Assembly: GCA_910592345.1 (NCBI GenBank)
Contig: CAJVPI010000221.1
Location: 1-41,365 of the forward strand
Source: Paraglomus brasilianum
Lineage: Eukaryota
Reading direction: 5' to 3'
Length of the DNA: 41,365 nucleotides
Each line of letters begins with the position of its first letter. Positions within the stretch are counted from its first letter, which is position 1. The notes beneath the pieces were generated by a model. That model was not told the DNA's origin. It saw nothing but the letters and a program-made list of their open reading frames with translations, and ran no database searches. The position numbers were made by a program, and so were the translations under genes. Positions 1 through 11,318 of the stretch are shown piece after piece.

Positions 1-142
1 TACCCAGTGTGTGATAATCGGAAATGATTATAGATTATCACATCGCAAAAATCGAAATGGGCCAACCCATTTCAGGAAATCCTAGAATGGGTCCGAACAT
101 TATTATTGCCTTTGGATTATAAGGTAATATTTTGACTGGGTT

Positions 143-545
143 ATGGGAGGGGGGTGGTTACTTCATAACATTACAAAATCTATTAATCCAAATCCAAACG
201 TATTGTACAGCAAAGACATTGATGATGTTGTCAGGTTAGAACACGATCGTGGATTAGTACGATTAAGTAAGGTTGCAAGGCGACTTGAGGACGCTTCTCG
301 GAAGCAAACAAGTATTAGGAGCTTTCTACAATGATACTTTTTTTTCATTAAAGATATCCTTTCTCTCAGTTGAAACCTTAAATGTTCATTACGCATTACA
401 ATCGTTAATGGTAGTACTGCAGTATTAATTACATATTATGCGAAAAGCTCACGTGAAACAAAATGATTGGCGTTCTCTAAATGCACCTCCATAAATGCAA
501 GCGCATCGTCGGTCCCGACGACGTGCATTTAGAGAGGTTTGACTG
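143..545 (+). mobile_element. 3' end of a pogo-like (Tc1/mariner superfamily) DNA transposon: transposase C-terminal remnant plus right TIR
   Basis: ORF 143-334 ends KQTSIRSFLQ*, resembling the PIP-box (QxxIxxF) tail of pogo transposases. 470-545 holds an internal inverted repeat TCTCTAAATGCAC...GTGCATTTAGAGA and ends ...GGTTTGACTG followed by TA. The TIR read inward is CAGTCAAACCTCTCTAAATGCAC. Confidence 0.6.
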
Positions 546-1000
546 TATCTAGTAATGTTCTAATGTAGTACAGTGTGAATGTAAACAGGCAAGGCGTGAT
601 ACATTGGCTATCTACTGAAACTATACCAATTACGAAGCGCGAAAAGCCAAATTGTACAAGACACCCTTCGCCGCAGATTAATTGCTTGCTCTTATTCAAA
701 TCCTCTCACGCTACAGGCTTGAGGCTGAACATGAAGAAAGGTGACAAAGCCTGCTTTCGTAAATCTATAACAATAACATAACGTTATCATCGAACAATGG
801 TAGAATTTATGTAATGTTACCATAACAAACACTCTCGAGAAAAGTTACGCCAATTGTGAAATAAAAATAAAACAATGTTTATGATAATCAAGTTTTATTC
901 TGATTAACAGAATCTCTTTAACTAAAACTATCGCAATCCCATACAGGTAATAGTATAAATACATTCCATACTAGTGTCTATGAAGCTATGACTAGAACGC

Positions 1001-2109
1001 TTAATCGAATGCCATATCTCTCTTAATCATAGCAATTGCTCGACCAGGATTCAATCCCTTTGGGCACGTTCTCGTACAATTCATAATAGTGTGACATCGG
1101 TATACTGAAAATGGATTCTGCAATGCCTCTCTTCTCTCCTTGGTAAAGTCGTCTCTCGAATCAGCCATCCATCTGTACGCCTGCATCAAAACAGCTGGAC
1201 CAAGATACTCATCCGCATTCCACCAGTAGCTGGGACAGGATGTTGAACAGCACGCACACAGAATACATTCGTATAGTCCATCGAGTTTCTTTCTATCAGT
1301 AATTGATTGTAGGTTCTCGCGGTCACCTTCTTTAGAAGGAGTCTTCTTTTTGAGGTACGGCTCAATCGATTTATATTGTTTGTAGAAATGCGTCATATCA
1401 GGCACTAGATCTTTGACAACATACACTAAATAGACAAGAATGTCAATTGCGTTCATCCTAATAGGGCAATGAAATACTGGTCAAATTACTTACTGTGCGG
1501 TAGTGGATAGATCTTGGAAGGTTTACTGCTCCTTTCGATTTTAGACAAACATGCTAGCGTATTAATTCCATCAATATTCATGGCACATGACCCACAGATG
1601 CCTTCACGACAAGAACGTCGGAATGTTAGAGTAGCATCGTCTTCATTCTTGATTTTAATGAGGGCATCAAGAACCATAGGACCACATGCATTGAGATCTA
1701 CCGTATACTTTTGCAAATGAGGTTTCTCTGTTGGGTGATCGGGATTCTATTCAGAGCAAAACAGACGGGACCAGTCGAGATAGTGAGCAAGCGTAACAAT
1801 ACGAACAACGAGATCGAGACTCCATCACCTACCCAACGATAAATACCAAACTCTTTGAGTAAAGGTTCTTTTTTAGTTATCGGCTCACTCGTAAACGAAG
1901 GCGCCGCCTCTGCTGCAAACTCGACCGATGCTGACGATTTCAAAGTGCGGATAGCATAGACTGGAACCTGAATACGGCAAGTTAGTAAACCAACAGATGC
2001 ATCATGTAATTGTATTTGATAATTAGAACAAATTCCTCACAGAAAGGACGTTGTATCTCAAAGTAGTGCCGCGGAGAAGCAATTTTGAGGTCGTTACAAG
2101 CGACGCCAT
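1001..2109 (-). CDS. SDH2: Succinate dehydrogenase iron-sulfur subunit, mitochondrial precursor, 4 exons (2109-2041, 1967-1833, 1746-1494, 1425-1001)
   Basis: Motifs [38 protein letters not shown] and [21 protein letters not shown] introns join [16 protein letters not shown]... (presequence-like) in frame to YRW/NPD and PH/MYVVKDL. Confidence 0.97.
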
Positions 2110-2299
2110 GTTTTATTGTGCTATCTATGTTAAACGACGAAAAAGAAGAGATGAAAATCAGATGTTTATTTTTTTAATCGCCGATCGACAAATGAGGCTA
2201 ATTGTGGTGGCACAAGCCTTTCAGGATGACGATTGGATGGCTACGCCACGCCGCACACAACACTTTACGTTTCAGGTAAAACATAAGTCGGTCTGTATT

Positions 2300-2560
2300 A
2301 TAACATTGACAGACGTTATATTTCGCAGACAACTATTTCACCGACAGTCATTTCACCGACAGGATTATTTCACCGACAGGACATTTTACCGACAATAATT
2401 TTGTTGTATAATTGACATTTATTTTATCTAATCTACATATTATTCCAAATTGACATGTATGTATACTAATGTTTGTTATTAAAAACGGTTGTTAAGAGTT
2501 ATATTGTACTAATTGTTATAATAAATAAGTAATACAAATAGATTGTATTCTTACTAACGG
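2300..2560 (+). repeat. Transposon-end-like element with subterminal TTTCACCGAC repeats, copy 1
   Basis: CAGACGTTATATTTCGCAGACAAC, then ~15-bp (TCATTTCACCGACAG)n, then an AT-rich tail homologous to 5402-5800. Confidence 0.75.
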
Positions 2561-2577
2561 GTTATGATGTTGGTACA

Positions 2578-3360
2578 GGGAATAGTGATCGCATTGACGT
2601 CGTCTATGATAATAAAGTCATTTTTCGTCGTTTAATTCCATTTAAAGAAGAACACCTGCAATGTAGGCTATTATTAGGTCAATGGCATACATCAAAGACT
2701 ATGTGTTCGGTCTTGATTACGATTTAAAGTCGTTGATTATCCTGCTACCTGTCAATTAATATATATGTCGCAGTTGCATGTTCATTGACCAAACATGCTG
2801 AAAGTCTGGGGTTATCACTTTTAGAGCTCGAAAATACAAACAATAGTGTGGTATTATTACTTAAATGGTGTTCCTATTGGCTTGGACACAAAATTGGTAT
2901 CCGCAAGGGTAACTTTGAGCTGCAGCATAAAAATCTCGCTGCATTTTCTCCGTTGTTTCCTGTCGCTGGGAAAGGTAATTATGCAAGATCAGTTACCTTT
3001 TTTCTATCTTACCTCGCAAACGAACCGCGGCTTCAAACATGTTGCGTCAGTTAATTTAACAAGTGCTGGAAATTAATTTGCGTTCGTTCGATGAGGCCTT
3101 GGAAAGATTCGGAGTTATGTTTATTAAGCAGAACATAAGAGGAAAACCTATGACGGCCGAAGAACTAAAGTTACAGATATCAGCCGTACAGTCAGAAAGG
3201 GACCGTCTCATATGTTATTTTCTAAATACGTCGGTGATAACATTCATATTAATAAAGAAAGAAGATTGAAATCATACAAGAGACGCATTGTGGAAAATTT
3301 AACTACGGCGTGACCCCTCATCTCATGAAGAACAAAGTCGCTGCAAAAGATATGATAATG
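2578..3360 (+). pseudogene. Degenerate transposase fragment, Academ/DUF6589-like
   Basis: Frameshifted, stop-broken pieces read IDVVYD..IFRRL..LLLGQWHTSKTMCSVLIT, YWLGHKIGIRKGNF..FSPLFPVAGKGNYARSV and SFDEALERFGVMFIKQNI, then an acidic tail. The D...GxWH, NY and DxxxE..K spacing fits my recollection of Academ-type DDE transposases. Confidence 0.5.
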
Positions 3361-3769
3361 ATAATGATGATATCGATATGATTACTAGCTGAGTCTGCAA
3401 GGTGAATTCAGCTGCGAAATTTGTACTACATTACACTTGTTTCAGTGACCGGATCAGTGTTTGTAGTAAGTAGTAATAGTAACAGATAAACAATAATCTG
3501 CAAAATGACGTCTTAAACCACGTTTTCTGTAAATTATGACAATGTTTTAATTACATATACATTACTTGTCCAGAGACATTCTTTTGTTGTAAAAATTTAG
3601 TTTATTGAAATTGTAAAGACTAGATAAAATGTTCATTTAATAAACAAATTGATAACATAATGTCATATCGAGTGCTTGTCATTGCATAACGTTCAAGAAT
3701 TGGATACTATCCAATCTATCAACAACCGAATAGCTATTTTAGCCATCAAACAACCAAACATTACCATCA

Positions 3770-3851
3770 TCCGATAACCGAATACCGAATAACCGAATAC
3801 CGAATAACCGAATACCGAATAACCGAATAACCGAATAACCGAATAATTCGG
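3770..3851 (+). repeat. Tandem (ACCGAATA/ACCGAAT)n array, likely a TIR-transposon subterminal repeat
   Basis: About 9 consecutive copies, with scattered inverted forms (TTATTCG, TATTCGG) at 3845-3870 and 4165-4220. Confidence 0.8.
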
Positions 3852-5026
3852 TTTTCATCGAATATTCGGTTCTTGAAATATGTAGTACCCTTCCCGTTTT
3901 TGAAACATACCTCGTTCTGACACATTGCACTCGGTTTCTTTTAGCTATCTTGCAACAGGATGTATACCATTCTTGTCATATCAAACCCCCCCCTTTTCCC
4001 ACAGCCATTCGCCTCACTTTCTTCAATGTCACATACTAATAAACAAATACATTAAGCAGTTTATAAGGCAATTTATTTGGCTGATTGTTTTCGTTGATGC
4101 ATTGGGTTTGAGTTGTCTGAGGTAATTGGTCTGAATAATCGGATAACCAAATAAGTGAATAATCTTTTATTCGAATCTACTTGGATAATGTTTGGACATT
4201 TGATTGGTTATTCGGGTTGGAGTTAGGGTTAGGGTTCCGGACGTTACTTGTGGATATTGGCTTATTAGATTTGCAATAAGATAAAAACCAAATATTGTCT
4301 AATTATAGTGGATTCTATCATAATTGCAACAGGGCAAAATTTACAAAAAAAAACCTAAAACTTTTACATATACTTTTTGTACACATTACTTTTCAACTCA
4401 TTTAAACAGTAAATCTCAACTTAGGCGAGATTGAAGTTCCATACCATACTATATAATAACAAATCCTTAAAAATGGTTTACAAGTAAGCCTACATATTAA
4501 GAGACTACGAAGAGACCGCAATACCGGTGTCGATTAAATAAAACAACATTTATCTTTACTAATAATGTTTTTTTTTCCCTTAAAAAAGATATTTGCTATT
4601 GCAGGCACAAAAAAGGAGTGTAAATTAAAAAGCGCCAGTACAAGAGTAGAAAAAAAACAAACTCATAACCTGATTTCTGCCAGAGATTTTTATAAATATA
4701 AATACGCTTAGAGCTTCATCGTCAAAGATCATTCCAAATTTTATTCATCCTGTTCAAAATAAAATACATCCTTTTTTAAGTGCCCAATAATTGATACGAT
4801 CGAACTATTAATTAAGGCGGCAACGCTCAAAAAGACATTAGGATGCTGTTATAAAACATATTATTACCTAACTTTGTTAATCGGTCGAGGCAATAAAATA
4901 AATAGATAGTGGAAAGTGACAAATTGACTAATCAAATGCCCAATTTTATTCCCTTTGATTAACGTTTATTAAATTAGTATGACAACGTTGGCTATATATA
5001 GGAATTATATAACGCGTAAATATATA

Positions 5027-5400
5027 CAGTACTCGCCATAAATACTGAAATAACTAGAATTGGTTTTTTTGACCACAAATTTTGTGAGCTTGAATTATGG
5101 CTTCACAAATACATAGATATGATATCAATACACAAAAAATATATGTACTAATGATTTATTTTTTTTCCCCATCATTTTCAATAACTTCATTCAGGCATTC
5201 TGACATCCCATTTACTAAATTAATTCTGTAGAGACACCCTCCCATTCTTCTCTAATCAAATGCCAGCGTTCAACACTAATGGTTTTTTCTTTCCTAATTA
5301 TTTTATGAACCCGTTTCTCAAGTCTCTTTTTTATAACAGCCCACAGGTTCTCTATTGGATTCAGATCGGGGTTATAGGCGGGACCCGGGCCGGGAGGCAA
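5027..5400 (-). mobile_element. Tc1-like transposon right end with a DDE_3 transposase C-terminal fragment
   Basis: PAYNPDLNPIENLWAVIKKRL matches the Tc1/IS630 SPDLNPIENLW motif. TA|CAGTACTCGCCATAAATACTG at 5025-5047 looks like a Tc1 TIR. The element is truncated by the repeat at 5402. Confidence 0.8.
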
Positions 5401-5401
5401 T

Positions 5402-5800
5402 CATAACATCGACAATCACTTCGCAGACGTTCTATTTCGCAGACAACCATTTCACCGACAGGATCATTCATCGACAATCATTTCATCGACAATCATTTCA
5501 TCGACAATCATTTCATCGACAACCATTCCACCGACAGGATCATTTCATCGACAATCTATCGACAATCACAATCATTCATCAACAATCACAATCATTCATC
5601 GACAATCATTTCATAGACAACAATCCTTTCATCGACAACAATCATTTCATCGACAATCATGTCAATTTGTAGATTAGATAAAAGATATTTATTAAGCAAT
5701 GTCAATTATGTATGTATACTAAAGTTGTTATAAAAACGGTTGTTAAAGGTTATATTGTGCTAATTAATATAACAAATAAGTGATCGTGTTCTTACTAACG
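5402..5800 (+). repeat. Copy 2 of the TTTCA(C/T)CGAC-repeat element, with an expanded array
   Basis: Same CAGACGTT..TTTCGCAGACAAC start as 2310, many (TCATTTCATCGACAA) units, and the same tail (TGTATGTATACTAA...AAAAACGGTTGTTAA...TTCTTACTAACG). Confidence 0.8.
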
Positions 5801-5959
5801 AGTTTATTAGTATGTATTGTAAGAGCCGCTTGAAGTATTGACTCTATGATTATCGAACTTTTTGTAGATCTGTCGACAGTAATTTTAGTAGTTTACGGTT
5901 ATATAGTAAATGTAGTCGCTTTTTGTCAATGTGTGTGGACTAATCGTCTAACCATACGA

Positions 5960-6230
5960 TGGTTTTTGCTTAAAATTATTGGTACAAGTTTTAGCATTAC
6001 GGTTAGACTATAAGTAAAGTTCTATTTGACATTGAAAATTATTGGTACGAGTTTTTAGCATTATGGTTAGACTGTAAATATTAATATAGTCTATTTTGAT
6101 CTTAACGATGATTTGCATTGAAAATCATTGGTACAAGCTTAGACTGTGAATATGGTCAATGTTGTCTAACCGCATGTTGGTTTGCATTAAAATTATTGGT
6201 GTAGTTTTTAGCATTACGGTTAGACTGGAC
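5960..6230 (+). repeat. Degenerate tandem repeat, 4 copies of a ~37-bp core
   Basis: AAAATTATTGGTACAAGTTTTAGCATTACGGTTAGACT variants near 5972, 6036, 6121 and 6189, separated by related spacers. Confidence 0.7.
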
Positions 6231-6579
6231 TGTATTTGATCTAACCATACGATAGTTATCGACATAATTGGTGTGCATCACGGGACTGTAAATATAGATT
6301 GGATTGCATATGATATTTATCTAACTAATATACAATATTGCAATTTGACAGGTTAAACGAAGACTAAGACTTTATGACATTTGATCCCGTTATTTAATAA
6401 TGCGATACGAATGCTTGACATTAATTTCAAATACCAAATTCAGACATAATACATATTCATAAGCCACGTATTAGTATATTATTACTTTACACAGGCTGGT
6501 TGATAAATGACGTGCCATGTTAAACTCTGAAAATAGCATATTTGTTGTATGTAAATCACTATGCCAAGGTCCCCAAAAT

Positions 6580-6611
6580 AACAAAACAAAACAAAACAAA
6601 ACAAAACAAAA
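6580..6611 (+). repeat. (CAAAA)n microsatellite
   Basis: About 6 perfect units read directly. Confidence 0.9.
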
Positions 6612-7652
6612 TCACTGATTAGTGATAAATTTTTTTTTTACCGACTGAAATCTGTTGAGTATACTAATAATGATAAATTTACTTCGAAATCATGATAGCG
6701 GTATGAGGTACATTTGACATGAAGTGCGGCAATGTACCACCTATTTTCTGAATAACAATGCAATTCTTCATATGGTAGTTGATATAACATACACTTCGAG
6801 CTACAAGATATCGACGATGGCGTCATAGATGTATCTTATCAGTTGGTTACATAACGCCGAGCATAAAAGTAAATTTTTGTGACGATAAATAACAATGGCA
6901 ATGGTGGGGGCAGTTCGATAAAGAGGCGGGTTCCAAATTCATATCATATATCATGTGATAAAGACGGAACATTGACTTTAACGAAAAATACTTTAAAGAT
7001 TTTTCTGAAATTTGCTACATCGATAATCTACAGTAAACAACGTATCCGAATGTTATTGTAAATAGCGTGTTAGATAGAAGGGTGGATGTATTTGCCTTGG
7101 ACGAAGTTAGGAAATTTGCCGATCCCATCACTAATAACATAACACATCGTAACATACCTCCATCAACTACTGATAATATTCTCTCGACATTGTGAACAGT
7201 TAATAAGGTATTGAAGAACAGAACTCCCATTAAGATCAGTTAACATCTGCTAATGAGGATACTGTAACATCGATGTCATCATTATCGTTATACCGTATAT
7301 CAGTTATGATTATTGGTATATCTCACGCGACTGATGAAAAGCTTTGTTCTTAACGATGCTTCAACGGATCTTTTCATATAGTCAAACTTTATGAATCAGT
7401 ACAAAGTGTATGTCTAACAGTAACGATTACTCGTATGGTATATCGCGAACTTTTATTCACAACGAGGTGCTCGCTAAAGCCCAGTTTTATCTATTTACAT
7501 ATCCTGTAAAAGAAGAGCATATTCTGTTTATGGCTATATTAATGAGACTGGGAGTACCTGGGTCAGATTGCTCGTATGGTAAAACTCCCCCAGGTAAAGG
7601 CATAGTTTGTAGATCAAGTAACATTACACAATTGTTGTGGACATATCCGGTG

Positions 7653-7965
7653 ACCCACGAGATACAACAGATTTTGTTGGTGGACCGAAATTGCCTCCAA
7701 TACAGTTTAAGGGAGGGACGTCATTTTGCAGATTTATTGTTTGTCTATTACTATTGCCATAACAGGCAGTTGACAATACTAAGCGCAATATATTGACACC
7801 AAACTCTGATCCGTTGATATTGAAAATGAATCATGCGATTTTGTGTGCAATGCGAGATTTCCAAATGAGTTGAGGACTTATCGTTATAATATCTGATATC
7901 ACGAGATATAGCAGATTTTGTTGGTGGATCGAAATTGAGGCAAATTTGCCTCCAATACAGTTTAA
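7653..7965 (+). repeat. ~60-bp direct repeat pair upstream of the ATPase (about 7653-7711 and 7900-7965)
   Basis: CACGAGATAyArCAGATTTTGTTGGTGGAyCGAAATT...GCCTCCAATACAGTTTAAG occurs twice. Confidence 0.85.
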
Positions 7966-8159
7966 GAGTGGCTTTATTTTTAGCAACCTTCGGATACCCC
8001 TGTGGTTTCCTTACATCTCACTGACCCGTGAAGCAGAATGATGAACTTGGTTAGTCTTGGCAATGACCATCCCCACATATAAATTGATTGCTGGATCATA
8101 TACCAGAAGCTATTCGATTATTAACGTCCTTCGTTGTCTTTGCAAGAAATTTTTTAAAA

Positions 8160-11100
8160 ATGTCGGAAAATCGACAAAGAGAAGAGATCGAAGTCGCATC
8201 TACCAGAATACCGTTAAAGAGGCACTCATCTCAACTCAGCGTCGAATACAAGACACTTACAATCAAGCTTGAAGAAGCACGTACAAAGACTATCGATGTC
8301 GATGATAAAAGAATCAAGGAAGAACTCGATATTAATTATCATAAACTGACTCTTAATGAACTTGGTCTTCGCTTTGCCACTTCTATTTCATCGGGGATTT
8401 CTTCATCATCGGCCGCCCGCAGATTACAACGTAATGGAAAGAATGCTATCTCTCCACCCGAGTCAAAATTGCTTACCAAAATTTTCGAATACACATTCGG
8501 TGGCTTCTGTCCATTGCTGTGGTTTGCATCATTAATATGTTTTCTTGCCTGGAAACCTCTCGGTGAACCTACTCCCGACAAACAGAATCTGGGCCTTGCT
8601 ATTCTTCTTTTGATTGTGATCTTTCTCCAAGCGGTTTTTAACGGTTATCAAGACTGGACAACAAGCTCTGTAATGAAGTCAATCAACAAAATGTTGCCTT
8701 CTACGGCAATTGTCACACGGGACGGAAAGGAGCAAACGGTTCCCCTCTCAAATCTTGTTGTTGGCGATTTGGTCCATCTGAAACTTGGAAACAAAGTACC
8801 TGCAGATATCCGAATAACAGAGCAGATTGATCTCAAATTCGACAAGTCTATACTATCTGGAGAATCCAAGCCAGTCAGTGCCAGTACTGAACAGACCAAT
8901 GAAATTTATCTTGAATCACGAAACATCGCGTTGATGGGCACACTTGTAACAATGGGTGGAGGATCGGGTATCGTTGTGGCTGTTGGCGATGGTACTGTTA
9001 TGGGGAAATTGGCCAAATTGTCATCACATGGTTCGCAAGACAAAACGCTTCTGCAGAAAGAGATTACCCGATTCGTAATTGTCATTACGACGCTGGCCGT
9101 CCTCACTTCAAGTTTGACACTCATTGTTTGGGGCACTTGGTTAAGGCACTCCTATCCGAATTTTATTAATTTACCAATGGCGCTTATAAATGCAATTGGG
9201 GTTCTTGTGGCTTTTGTGCCTGAAGGGCTTCCGATTGCCGTAACATTAACTCTTACTCTGGTCGCTAGAAGGATGGCAAGTCAAAAAGTATTAGTAAAGA
9301 ACCTGACTGTCGTTGAAACCTTGGGTTCTGTGAACGTCATTGCGAGTGACAAGACTGGTACCTTGACTCAGAATCGGATGGCGATTACCAATGTCCACAT
9401 AGGCCAGGACTCGTACAATCAAGGTGAATGTCGCCAGGCCCAACTTGAGAAATCTCCAGGTTTTTCTCAGTTGATTTCTGTCGGACGTCTTTGCAATGCT
9501 GCCTCTTTTGATCCAAGTACAATGAGTCTCTCGATTTCTGATCGATTGGTACTGGGCGACGGCACCGATGCAGCTGTTCTTCGATTTGTTACCGAGTATG
9601 CCATTGACGAAACAGAAGTTGGTAATTTTGACAAGATTGCCGAGATACCATTCAACTCGAAAAACAAGTGGATGTTGCGTATCATGAGGCCCAAAAGTGC
9701 TAGTAACGTGTATAAAACCGCTTGTCCTGTCTTGATGATTAAAGGTGCACCAGAAGTGTTGTTCAATAGTTGTACACGAATTATCGATGCCGATTGCAAC
9801 GAGAAACCTTTTGGTGAATTTGAGCGACAATCCCTAGTTAACGTACAGGAAAGTTGGAGCTCTTCTGGTCGACGTGTCATTGCCCTTTGTTACCGCATCA
9901 TCAAGAACGAAAACGAGATTCCTAAAGACTCTCACGACTTGGAAGCACTTGAAAAACTTGCATACAACTTGACGGTCGTCGGACTTGTGGGGATTCTAGA
10001 TCCACCTCGCAGGGAGATTCCAGATGTTATAAGAACCTGCCGCGCTGCCGGTATCAGAATATTTATGGTTACCGGGGATTATTTTTTAACTGCTACTGCT
10101 ATTGCCAAACAAGTTGGGATCTTTACTGCCGAGGATGTGCATACAATCACTGATCTCGATCAGCTATCGGCAAAGTTGGAAATTGTCACTGAGAAGGAAC
10201 CGAGGGTCGTAACTAATGGCAAAGGAAAGGCTACCGGGGGGGCTCTCCTGTTAAACGGAAGTGATTTGATATCCTTGTCCGAAAATCAATGGGATCTGGT
10301 TGCTGCATATGATGAAATTGTCTTTGCTCGTACAACTCCCGAGCAGAAATTAAGCATAGTCCAAGAGTTTCAGAAACGTCATTGTACTGTTGGAGTAACT
10401 GGCGACGGTGTTAATGATGCTCCTGCTTTAAAGGCTGCTGATATTGGTATTGCCATGGGGAGTGGAAGCGAAGTCTCGATCGAAGCTGCAGATATGGTGC
10501 TCATGGACAGCAACTTTTCATCGGTCGTGGTTGCATTGGAAAGCGGTCGTCTGGTCTTTGACAATCTGAAAAAAGTCATTCTTTATTTGCTGCCAGCCGG
10601 TTCTTGGTCTGAATTGGTTCCTGTGCTCGTCAACGTGTTCTTGGGAGTTCCCTTGCCTTTATCGACATTCCTGATGATAGCTATTTGCGTGTTAACCGAT
10701 ATACTTCCATCTATCGCCATGATGTACGAAACACCTGAAAGTGATTTGCTTACACGTCAACCTCGTAATCCAAGGAAAGACCGTCTTGTGAATTGGAGGC
10801 TTCTTGTTCAAGCATATTTGTGCCTTGGCATGATCGAAACTTTCTTCTCGCATCTCATGTTTTTCTTTTACATGCATCGGTATGGAGGGTTTATGCCGTC
10901 GGATCTGTTGCTCGCTTATGATAAATGGACTGACGGCTATAAAGGTCACAGCATGGATGAATTGAACGAACTCAATTGGACCGGGCAGTGCGTATTGTTT
11001 GTAAGCTTGGTTGTCATGCAAGTTTTCGGTAATATCTTTGCAACTCGAACACGATACCTATCCTTGATCCAACACTCGCCAATTGCAAAACAGTCCAAAA

Positions 11101-11318
11101 ATTACTATCTTTTTGGCGCTCAAGTTGGTTCTATCGCCATTGCAAGCTTTTTGGTATACGCACCAATGATAAATGACTCTTTACATACGCGTCCTGTTCC
11201 GGCGCAATTCTGGTTCATACCTTTGGGATTTGCCGCCGCCATTATTGCTGTCGACGAAACTAGAAAATTCTTTGTTCGGAGGCAATCGCCTGCTTTCTTC
11301 CACAAGATTGCTTGGTAA
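8160..11318 (+). CDS. P-type ATPase, Na,K-ATPase-like fungal ACU-type K+/Na+ uptake pump, intronless, 1052 aa from ATG 8160
   Basis: Motifs FVPEGL, DKTGTLTQNRM (phospho-Asp), PFNSKNK, KGAPE, DPPR, MVTGD, VFARTTPEQK, TGDGVNDAPALK and GRLVFDNLKK. The M5 segment YLLPAGSWSE is the ACU-type variant. The ORF track start at 8088 is a TTG, so the first ATG (8160) is used. Confidence 0.93.
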   Translation: MSENRQREEIEVASTRIPLKRHSSQLSVEYKTLTIKLEEARTKTIDVDDKRIKEELDINYHKLTLNELGLRFATSISSGISSSSAARRLQRNGKNAISPPESKLLTKIFEYTFGGFCPLLWFASLICFLAWKPLGEPTPDKQNLGLAILLLIVIFLQAVFNGYQDWTTSSVMKSINKMLPSTAIVTRDGKEQTVPLSNLVVGDLVHLKLGNKVPADIRITEQIDLKFDKSILSGESKPVSASTEQTNEIYLESRNIALMGTLVTMGGGSGIVVAVGDGTVMGKLAKLSSHGSQDKTLLQKEITRFVIVITTLAVLTSSLTLIVWGTWLRHSYPNFINLPMALINAIGVLVAFVPEGLPIAVTLTLTLVARRMASQKVLVKNLTVVETLGSVNVIASDKTGTLTQNRMAITNVHIGQDSYNQGECRQAQLEKSPGFSQLISVGRLCNAASFDPSTMSLSISDRLVLGDGTDAAVLRFVTEYAIDETEVGNFDKIAEIPFNSKNKWMLRIMRPKSASNVYKTACPVLMIKGAPEVLFNSCTRIIDADCNEKPFGEFERQSLVNVQESWSSSGRRVIALCYRIIKNENEIPKDSHDLEALEKLAYNLTVVGLVGILDPPRREIPDVIRTCRAAGIRIFMVTGDYFLTATAIAKQVGIFTAEDVHTITDLDQLSAKLEIVTEKEPRVVTNGKGKATGGALLLNGSDLISLSENQWDLVAAYDEIVFARTTPEQKLSIVQEFQKRHCTVGVTGDGVNDAPALKAADIGIAMGSGSEVSIEAADMVLMDSNFSSVVVALESGRLVFDNLKKVILYLLPAGSWSELVPVLVNVFLGVPLPLSTFLMIAICVLTDILPSIAMMYETPESDLLTRQPRNPRKDRLVNWRLLVQAYLCLGMIETFFSHLMFFFYMHRYGGFMPSDLLLAYDKWTDGYKGHSMDELNELNWTGQCVLFVSLVVMQVFGNIFATRTRYLSLIQHSPIAKQSKNYYLFGAQVGSIAIASFLVYAPMINDSLHTRPVPAQFWFIPLGFAAAIIAVDETRKFFVRRQSPAFFHKIAW

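Noticed and set aside
4223..4236. TTAGGGTTAGGGTT telomere-like motif
   Set aside because: Only two units within transposon debris, too short to call an interstitial telomere.
5355..5672. HRQSF-repeat ORF (also 2051-2398 and 3739-3930)
   Set aside because: Translations of non-coding tandem repeats.
5960..6230. ~37-bp repeats with spacers, superficially CRISPR-like
   Set aside because: Eukaryotic context, degenerate repeats, spacers that are irregular and related to each other, and no cas genes.
6640..7800. Short ORFs upstream of the ATPase (60-128 aa)
   Set aside because: No motifs or consistent splice model; the 7410-7796 ORF runs through the repeated block.
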